Notes under the pieces: model-generated | The model's database searches: none | What the model was told of the DNA's origin: nothing | The model's input: the letters and a program-made list of their open reading frames with translations, nothing else | In this document: positions 8,709 through 14,697 of the stretch, piece by piece | How positions within the stretch are numbered: the first letter of the stretch is position 1 | How the letters are laid out: each line of letters begins with the position of its first letter | DNA from: an uncultured Bacilli bacterium | GTDB taxonomy: Bacteria > Bacillota_I > Bacilli_A > RF39 > UBA660 | NCBI GenBank assembly: GCA_910584305.1 | Contig: CAJTZW010000007.1 | Location: 34,804 to 66,803 of the forward strand | DNA length: 32,000 bases | Direction: 5' to 3' | Made by a program: the position numbers and the translations under genes

Positions 8709-10324
8709 CGTTTTTGCCCTCCCATCGATAGATGCTCTGCTCGTAACTCAGCAATTCGCTCCAGTCTTTTATCATCTCCATGAACCCAAAGACTATCGAA
8801 AGTTGCCACTATCTCAGGGCCTAACTTTGTTATAAAATTTCTCACAACTTCTAAATTTTCATCTGTAACAAAAGAAAGACCTACCGCTGTCGCATATTTC
8901 TCTGAAATATCCATATATTGTAACCCTTGATCACTATAATTATTACTTACTATATCCTCTATCGTTATTACTTGTTGCTCACAAAACTTAACAAAATCCT
9001 TTGTAATTTCCTCACCGACAAGTGCCCTTAGCATATTCGGATTTTTAGTAGTATATAAAACTTTAGAAGCCAGCTCCCATTTTCTTGGATCAGCATTTGG
9101 AGTTTCTCCATTATAAGGTGTTCTAAGCACCTCCTCACCCCTATATGCTACATAAGCATAAATAGCTGGGTGTATTTTTGATTCTAACTCTGTTCTCTTA
9201 TAATCAAGTCGCTCATACTCTTCCTTTGGTGTGGCTGCCCATTTAAGCCATCCATCTACTGTAGTAGTAATAAAAACATGGGCCATTCTATTAAATAATG
9301 GTTGTGGGATTTCTGTTGCAGAAATAGAATCACATTTTTCATTTCCAGCAACAACAACCCTCGCATTTTCTGGTAGTTGCCACTTCCCATCTAGTTCCCT
9401 ATCTAACACTAAGTTAAATGCTAAATTAAGTATATAATTCGATTTTACATTTGAAATTTCATCTAAAAACAATATATGAATTTTATCAGGTTCTTTCTCA
9501 CATTTTTCTTCTAATCGCTTTAACCATGTAGGCTTAATATCCATCATTTCACCCGTTTGTTGGTTATACACAGATTTTCCTGCAAAAGAATCTGGATTTG
9601 CTGTTATCAAATACACAATTTCTGGATTTGGATCAAGTTGCTTCACTCTCGCACTCTTTCCCTCACTCGATCTACCATGTAAAAATACAGTAACTCCACC
9701 TTCTACAGATCCTTTAATGATATCTTCTTCACTTACCTCGCTGAAATCAAAGCCATATGGATTTTGTTTCCTATACGACGTTGTAGTTTCCTTTGATTGC
9801 GTATTAACTACATTAGAAAACGTCAATTCATTATGTTGAAACAAATCTTTTGATAAGTAATCATTCATAAATTTTTTAATATCCGTTGTATTAAAATTTT
9901 TTGTCTTATAATCACTCTCACGGTTAAATTGTACACCTGCAAAAATTAGCTTTTCCATCAACATAATCTTATACTTTTCATCTATCAACCATTTGACTGG
10001 CTGTACTTCTATCCAAACAAAATCTCCATCTTGATACTGCTCACCATTTGAAAGTGTAAATTTTTCCCCATCATAATAAGAGTTAGCCTTTACTCTAACA
10101 TACTTTTTACCATCATATTCATACTCAATATGTTCTTGTGCTAAAAAAGCACTATCATATTCATCATTTTTCCGTGAATCTGTTGTATATATATTTCCTG
10201 TTTTATTTAAAAATCCAGCATGTAATGCAGTTTCCAAACGATTCTGTAATAATTTAGAAACCGCTGTCTGTGGATAATAGCCATATTCTACCTCTAATAT
10301 TTCATCTTTTCCTCGCCCACTCAC
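8705..10324 (-). CDS. MoxR-like (AAA_5-type) AAA+ ATPase with N-terminal GxYPQ...W(L/V)(I/L)D beta-rich domain; start codon doubtful
   Basis: Motifs are Walker A GRSSEGKS, Walker B HILFLDEIS, sensor-1-like VVVAGN and PLFNRMAHVFI (the MoxR L-x-RF motif). The listed GTG start at 10324 has GGAG directly abutting it with no spacer, and there is no ATG in the first ~120 codons. The frame is continuous with the upstream VR-containing ORF. Confidence 0.75.
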   Translation of the reverse strand: MSGRGKDEILEVEYGYYPQTAVSKLLQNRLETALHAGFLNKTGNIYTTDSRKNDEYDSAFLAQEHIEYEYDGKKYVRVKANSYYDGEKFTLSNGEQYQDGDFVWIEVQPVKWLIDEKYKIMLMEKLIFAGVQFNRESDYKTKNFNTTDIKKFMNDYLSKDLFQHNELTFSNVVNTQSKETTTSYRKQNPYGFDFSEVSEEDIIKGSVEGGVTVFLHGRSSEGKSARVKQLDPNPEIVYLITANPDSFAGKSVYNQQTGEMMDIKPTWLKRLEEKCEKEPDKIHILFLDEISNVKSNYILNLAFNLVLDRELDGKWQLPENARVVVAGNEKCDSISATEIPQPLFNRMAHVFITTTVDGWLKWAATPKEEYERLDYKRTELESKIHPAIYAYVAYRGEEVLRTPYNGETPNADPRKWELASKVLYTTKNPNMLRALVGEEITKDFVKFCEQQVITIEDIVSNNYSDQGLQYMDISEKYATAVGLSFVTDENLEVVRNFITKLGPEIVATFDSLWVHGDDKRLERIAELRAEHLSMGGQKR

Positions 10325-10373
10325 TCCGTTCGTGGAGATTGTAGATAAATTAGAGAACGGTAAAGCTGGGCGA
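10313..10373 (-). promoter_or_regulatory. nested inverted repeat at the 3' boundary of the VR (candidate DGR target-recognition hairpin/cruciform)
   Basis: On the plus strand, tcgccca (10313-10319) pairs with tgggcga (10367-10373) and ccgttc (10326-10331) pairs with gaacgg (10355-10360). The internal loop is a symmetric 6x6 and the apical loop is 23 nt. The partner arms are absent next to the TR. Confidence 0.35.
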
Positions 10374-10439
10374 CCACACCCAAATCGTTTAATGACTCTA
10401 GTCTAGATACTAGTTCCAATTCAGTAAACGACGCGCGCG
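10366..10439 (-). repeat. DGR variable repeat (VR)
   Basis: This 74 nt matches 11957-12030 at 64/74 positions. The 10 mismatches (10383, 10384, 10392, 10401, 10403, 10407, 10413, 10419, 10422, 10426) all correspond to T on the TR plus strand, which is A on the coding (minus) strand. Confidence 0.9.
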
Positions 10440-10720
10440 TCATTATCACCGTCATCAGTTTTTGTCCAATACCAGCCTGTACGGCTTTCTAATGAAGTAT
10501 CTCCATTATAGTGATATCCACTAGACACATAACCACCTAAAAGAATTGCAAAATCTGTGATTGCTGCACTTGTTCCCCTTTTTTGAATAACATCTAATGC
10601 TTGTGTTCCAAATATTTGTTCCTCTGTTAAAAACGTAAAATCATTCATACGTAAATCACCAACCTCATAATAACATAATTTTCTGAAATAGAAAATACAA
10701 TCTTCTACTTTTTTTGACAA
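10421..10720 (-). CDS. DGR target ORF fragment, C-type-lectin-like 'WWLRS...VRPAL' type domain truncated by a stop inside the VR
   Basis: The sequence ...FTFLTEEQIFG...TGWYWTKTDDGDNDARVVY* continues past the stops as IGTSI*TRVIKRFGCGRPAL. The listed start is TTG at 10720 and overlaps the RT stop; an alternative ATG at 10648 has a GGTGAT Shine-Dalgarno. The last 6 sense codons and the stop lie in the VR. Confidence 0.6.
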   Translation of the reverse strand: MSKKVEDCIFYFRKLCYYEVGDLRMNDFTFLTEEQIFGTQALDVIQKRGTSAAITDFAILLGGYVSSGYHYNGDTSLESRTGWYWTKTDDGDNDARVVY

Positions 10721-11739
10721 AAATTGGAAATAACTGCCAATTTTAGCCTTGAGCTTTCACTTGTATCCTTAATATGATTATAATATGCATTCTTCCTAGC
10801 ATATATATATTTTTCATCCACTAACCCCTTATTCTCTAATTTTGCTAAAGTTTTAAGATGTCTTTTTAATCTCACTCTAGAAGAATTTCGCAATTTTTGA
10901 ATTACCTTTCCTGTCGGTGTTAAATAGTGACAATATCCTAAAAAGTCAATCCCATTTTTTACCTTGCCTATTTGTGTTTTATTATTTAGGGATAAATCAA
11001 GCCCTGTTTTACAAAGATTTTTTATTTCTTCCAAACAATATTTTAAATATGCCTTATCACTATGTATTAAAATCATATCATCCATATAACGAATATAATA
11101 TTTAATTTGTAATTTTTCTTTGATGAAGTGATCCACTTTATTTAAGTATAAAAGAGCAAACCACTGACTTGATTGATTCCCTAGTGGCAATCCTATACTG
11201 TTTAAAGAGGATTCATTAGAAATCAATTTTTGTATCATCCACATCTCATCCTCTGAAAAAGAGATTTCCCTCAAAAGATTTTGTAATATTCGATGATTTA
11301 TACTAGGAAAATATTTTTTAATATCACACTTTAAAAAATAAAATTCATTATTTTTGCACAAAAAGTATTCCCTCCTTAAAAAACTTTCCAATCGATGAAT
11401 TGCAAAGGATGTTCCTTTTTCCTTTCTACAAGCCGCATTATCGTATATAAGTTTTCTCTCTATTCTAGACTTTAAACAAACATCACAAAAACACCTTATT
11501 AATACTCTATCCTTATAGGGTGGCGCTTCAATCAAGCGTTCTTTGGGTTCATATACAATAAACTTTCTATACCCACCTAACTCATATTTTTTAGTAACAA
11601 TTTCATTCATCATATTCACTATATTAGCACTTAAATTTGCTTCAAAACGTATAACCTCTCCTTTATGTTGTTTTGATTTTCTACACTCCTTATGTGCACT
11701 ATATAAATTTTCAAATGTAAATATATCTTCTAACTTCAT
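10705..11739 (-). CDS. DGR-type reverse transcriptase
   Basis: The catalytic motif is YIRYMDDMILIH (YMDD). The DGR-diagnostic motif-4 LGNQSSQ ([ILV]GxxxSQ) and the N-terminal YEPKERLIEAPPYKDRVL are also present. I prefer the ATG at 11739 (GGAGGT 5 nt upstream, MKLEDIFTFENLYSAHKECRK...) over the ORF-track start at 11790. Confidence 0.9.
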   Translation of the reverse strand: MKLEDIFTFENLYSAHKECRKSKQHKGEVIRFEANLSANIVNMMNEIVTKKYELGGYRKFIVYEPKERLIEAPPYKDRVLIRCFCDVCLKSRIERKLIYDNAACRKEKGTSFAIHRLESFLRREYFLCKNNEFYFLKCDIKKYFPSINHRILQNLLREISFSEDEMWMIQKLISNESSLNSIGLPLGNQSSQWFALLYLNKVDHFIKEKLQIKYYIRYMDDMILIHSDKAYLKYCLEEIKNLCKTGLDLSLNNKTQIGKVKNGIDFLGYCHYLTPTGKVIQKLRNSSRVRLKRHLKTLAKLENKGLVDEKYIYARKNAYYNHIKDTSESSRLKLAVISNFCQKK

Positions 11740-11956
11740 TTTACCTCCAAAAAAAGAACACCCCTTATAACGCACAAAGAATGCATACACATCCGTTGTT
11801 TGTGTAGGTGTTTTATATATTTGTCCACCGCACTGATTTTCTTTTAGCGGTTAGAAAAGAAGTAAATTCCTTCACTTTATAGCACGGATATACCCTACTT
11901 AGAATATATTTCTCTGGCCTGTTTTCTAGATTCATAAAATCTCTTCAAAAGTGAAT

Positions 11957-12030
11957 CTGGGCGACCACACCCATTTCGTTTATTGACTCTATTTTAGTTA
12001 CTATTTCCATTTTAGTTAACGACGCGCGCG
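11957..12030 (-). repeat. DGR template repeat (TR), non-coding
   Basis: This is the A-rich copy of the 74-nt repeat, with 27 A on the minus strand. It lies 217 nt upstream of the RT start and 72 nt downstream of avd, and no ORF covers it. In the target frame it reads VV-AAC-TAA-AAT-GGA-AAT-AGT-AAC-TAA-AAT-AGA-GTC-AAT-AAA-CGA-AAT-GGG-TGT-GGT-CGC-CCA. Confidence 0.9.
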
Positions 12031-12102
12031 ACCAAGGAACACCCAACAAACAAAAGAAAAAATAAATCTACTCCTTAATTAAAAACCTTTCGGTTTAAAA
12101 TC

Positions 12103-12708
12103 CTACATTCTTTTTCTCCATCTTTCATCATCACTCTTTTTCCAAGCTGCTGTCAAATTCATTGCCTCTGATAATTGTATAGAGATTTGTTTATACTGCC
12201 GTGGTAAAATACAACAGGCATTTTCTGCAAGCATAGCAATATATCCTAAAAGTTTTAATTTAATAATTGCTTCTTTCTGATAATTCTCTCTCTCTTTCTT
12301 TTTATCTAAACTATCTACACGTATAAAATTTGCTTGTAGTAAACATTCTAATGACTCTAAACAATAGTTTTGCATACGGTTTACAAAAACACCACGATAT
12401 TTCTTAGGAGATTTCTCTGTAATTGCGATAATATAAGCTCCCAATTTTTTAACAGAAGTTATTACAATCAAATCATTAGAATTATATGGGATTTTTAAAA
12501 TACGATCAAGCCCTTTATCCTGTTCTTCAATCGTATCCCTTATCATTTCCTGATCAGCTTTTTTATCCTCTGAAATCCGAAATGCCATTTTTGTTGCAAC
12601 TCTATCCTCTATTGTATTAACTATTCCTTCTACATTTTCTACATCCCTTGGTATTTTTAAATTATTATCTCTACTAACTTGTAACATACTACTTACTACC
12701 TCAATCAC
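12103..12708 (-). CDS. avd: Avd-like accessory variability determinant (four-helix-bundle type) with ~70-aa N-terminal extension
   Basis: The C-terminal ~125 aa (DLIVITSVKKLGAYIIAITEKSPKKYRGVFVNRMQNYCLESLECLLQANF...LKLLGYIAMLAENACCILPRQYKQISIQLSEAMNLTAAWKKS) follows the Avd/23S-IVS four-helix pattern and sits immediately upstream of the TR. The start is uncertain: GTG at 12708 or ATG at 12687. Confidence 0.6.
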   Translation of the reverse strand: MIEVVSSMLQVSRDNNLKIPRDVENVEGIVNTIEDRVATKMAFRISEDKKADQEMIRDTIEEQDKGLDRILKIPYNSNDLIVITSVKKLGAYIIAITEKSPKKYRGVFVNRMQNYCLESLECLLQANFIRVDSLDKKKERENYQKEAIIKLKLLGYIAMLAENACCILPRQYKQISIQLSEAMNLTAAWKKSDDERWRKRM

Positions 12709-13248
12709 CTATACAACAAATAAATCTCCTATAAAATTAATTCCATCGCTTACAAAATTTATAAACAAATAGAATGTATCCCGAATTCTGTTTTTCTTAT
12801 AATCTTTCTTTGTAATCTTAAAAACGACACCATCTCTACATGATATAACATCACACTTTTGATGGTATCTTGCATAACGTTTCTTTATGATATCTATATC
12901 AATATCTTCATTTTTAACAAAAAGAACAACACTATACTCTGCCAAATATAAGCTATCTGAAATAAATCGTCTATGATACCCATGCAAATCATCATAAGAA
13001 GCAATAATATATTGAATATTTTGTTTACGAAATTTCTTTCGAATCTTACGATAAGAAATCTTTTTAGATGGACCCCTTTTTTTACCTTCCCCACCTGTAT
13101 AATTTAAATCTGATAATACTGTAAATGTTGTAATATTCTGATTTTTATCAATTTCAGATAACAATTTCTCATCTAAACTGCCAAATCCCAATACACTTCC
13201 ATGCATTGTACGAGAATTATCTAATAAAACCTTTTCTATTTTATTCAT
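12709..13248 (-). CDS. hypothetical protein with a C-terminal hydrophobic segment
   Basis: This ORF is wedged between tcdA (8-nt overlap using the ATG at 13248 with a GGTGAT Shine-Dalgarno) and avd (its stop abuts the avd frame). It has a basic patch KKRGPSKKISYRKIRKKFRK. I recognise no family. Confidence 0.45.
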   Translation of the reverse strand: MNKIEKVLLDNSRTMHGSVLGFGSLDEKLLSEIDKNQNITTFTVLSDLNYTGGEGKKRGPSKKISYRKIRKKFRKQNIQYIIASYDDLHGYHRRFISDSLYLAEYSVVLFVKNEDIDIDIIKKRYARYHQKCDVISCRDGVVFKITKKDYKKNRIRDTFYLFINFVSDGINFIGDLFVV

Positions 13249-13936
13249 AAACATCACCTATCATATGGTGTACAAGATAACTTGTACAAAGAAGTCCCGC
13301 TACACTTGGAACAAAGGAACAAGAAGCAATCGTAATACCCTCATGTGGTATAGGTCTCTCCATACTACAAACAACAGGAACTTTACCTGTAATATGCTCA
13401 TCACGTACCATTTTTCGAATAATTTTCGCAATTGGATCATAAGAAGTTTTTCGAATATCCATAACTTGAAGTTTAAGAGGATCTAGCTTATTTCCCGTTC
13501 CCATACAAGAAACAAAAGGAATATTTCTAGAACTACATACACGAATAATCTCCTTTTTTACTTCTATAGTATCACAAGCATCAACGACATAATCCACTTC
13601 AGATGTGATTCGCGTAGCAATTTTCTCTGGTAAAATAAATTCACAAATCCCTATAACATTACACTCTGGATTAATATCCAAAATTCTCTCTTTCATAACA
13701 TCCACTTTATATCTTCCAACCGTTGAATGAAGTGCAATAATTTGGCGATTGATATTGGTAATATCAACTGTATCACCATCTATTATAATAAGCTTACGAA
13801 TGCCAAGACGGGCTAGCGACTCTACAACATATCCACCAACTCCACCAATTCCTATAACCAAAACGGTTTTATTTTGAATGATTTCTACTTTATCTTGTAA
13901 CAAAAGTTCTAATCTTGTCCATTCCATATGTAACAC
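13241..13936 (-). CDS. tcdA: tRNA threonylcarbamoyladenosine dehydratase (ThiF/HesA-family, TcdA-like)
   Basis: VLVIGIGGVGGYVVESLARLGIRKLIIIDGDTVDITNINRQI is an E1-like Rossmann motif, and the ~230-aa size is typical of TcdA/CsdL. Confidence 0.8.
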   Translation of the reverse strand: MLHMEWTRLELLLQDKVEIIQNKTVLVIGIGGVGGYVVESLARLGIRKLIIIDGDTVDITNINRQIIALHSTVGRYKVDVMKERILDINPECNVIGICEFILPEKIATRITSEVDYVVDACDTIEVKKEIIRVCSSRNIPFVSCMGTGNKLDPLKLQVMDIRKTSYDPIAKIIRKMVRDEHITGKVPVVCSMERPIPHEGITIASCSFVPSVAGLLCTSYLVHHMIGDVYE

Positions 13937-14004
13937 CCAAAATAAGTATACAGAAAAATTGACAAAAAAACAACTTTCGTTGTTTTTGTAAGCATTATTA
14001 GAAA

Positions 14005-14694
14005 TTATACATTAATTCCCTTTTCTAACTTTTGAATGATTTTCTTCTCAATCCTTGAGATATAAGACTGACTAATTCCAAGCGTATCTGCAACATCTTT
14101 TTGCGTCATAGGCTCTGTTCCAAACAATCCATAGCGCATTACCATAATTTGCTTATCCCTATCATTTAATTTCCCAATTTCAGCATGTAACAAATTCATC
14201 TCCGTCTCTCTTTCAATTCCAGAAGTTACCACATCCTCTTCTGTCCCTAAAATATCTTCCAAATGAAGTTCATTTCCCTCACTATCATAACTTAAACTAT
14301 CTTCAAAACTAATCTCACTTTTTCTTTTCTTGTTCTTTCTTAAAAACATTAAAATCTCATTATCAATACAACGAGAAGCATAAGTAGCAAGTTTAATATT
14401 TTTATCAGATTTATATGTATTAATTCCTTTAATAAGTCCAATGGTCCCAATACTAACCAAATCCTCTAAATCCACACCTGTATTTTCATATTTTTTTGCT
14501 AAGAAAACAACCAATCGTAAATTATGTTCTATCAAAGTATTTTTAGCAAATGTATCATTGAGCATCAACTTCTCAACATAATACATTTCCTCTTCTTTGC
14601 TTAATGGTTCTGGAAGTTTGTCGGAACTTCCGACAAAAAAAACTGAATATTTTCCTAATACTTTGTAAATCCAAGCTAACAATTTTTGTATCAT
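14005..14694 (-). CDS. sigE: sporulation sigma factor E (pro-sigma-E)
   Basis: PEPLSKEEE...LIEHNLRLVVFLAKKYENTGVDLEDLVSIGTIGLIKGINTY...KLATYASRCIDNEILMFLRK closely parallels B. subtilis SigE. The gene lies directly downstream of spoIIGA. Confidence 0.9.
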   Translation of the reverse strand: MIQKLLAWIYKVLGKYSVFFVGSSDKLPEPLSKEEEMYYVEKLMLNDTFAKNTLIEHNLRLVVFLAKKYENTGVDLEDLVSIGTIGLIKGINTYKSDKNIKLATYASRCIDNEILMFLRKNKKRKSEISFEDSLSYDSEGNELHLEDILGTEEDVVTSGIERETEMNLLHAEIGKLNDRDKQIMVMRYGLFGTEPMTQKDVADTLGISQSYISRIEKKIIQKLEKGINV

Positions 14695-14697
14695 ATA

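Larger units (their letters stand above)
8705..10720 (-). other. single 671-codon reading frame interrupted only by two stop codons, both inside the DGR variable repeat
   Basis: 10720-10324 = 396 = 3x132, so the 99-aa and 539-aa ORFs share a frame. The 32 intervening codons contain only TGA (10423-10421, the end of the 99-aa ORF) and TAG (10405-10403). Both align to TAA codons in the TR. Confidence 0.85.
10313..12708 (-). mobile_element. diversity-generating retroelement cassette (avd - TR - RT - VR/target)
   Basis: All four canonical DGR components are co-oriented within 2.4 kb, and the TR/VR differences are adenine-specific. Confidence 0.9.

Noticed and set aside
10403-10423. Stop-codon reassignment (an alternative genetic code) could explain the in-frame TGA and TAG in the VR.
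   Set aside because: All other genes in the window give full-length, recognisable proteins under the standard bacterial code. TAA, TAG and TGA are all used as terminators at expected gene ends, for example TGA in queH, TAG in the RT and TAA in tcdA. Reassigning two or three stops at once is not supported.
10321-10455. An alternative-frame 44-codon ORF (MTVIMTRASFTELELVSRLESLNDLGVVAQLYRSLIYLQSPRTE) runs through the VR without stops and ends in a GTGA overlap with the ATPase GTG. In this frame all 10 TR/VR differences are conservative replacements (M/I to L, K to R/E, T to S, E to D).
   Set aside because: It has no Shine-Dalgarno before its ATG. The conservative pattern follows from first-position changes in ATN codons. 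The other frame carries the classic AAY codons and a coherent ...WYW...GxRPAL domain continuation. I keep it only as an alternative hypothesis for coupling translation into the ATPase ORF.
10705-11790. The RT could belong to a retron, group II intron or Abi-type defence system.
   Set aside because: It has the LGNQSSQ motif plus an adjacent TR/VR pair with adenine-only differences and an Avd-like gene. It lacks a maturase/X or endonuclease domain, I saw no obvious intron RNA domains, and there is no msr/msd-like inverted repeat pair.
12031-12102. A small AAACC-GAAA-GGTTT hairpin and an AAGGAG motif lie between avd and the TR and could be a terminator or a leader ORF.
   Set aside because: The stem is only 5 bp and there is no following T-run. 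No start codon follows the Shine-Dalgarno-like motif. It is more likely part of the DGR RNA 5' region, and I cannot support a specific call.
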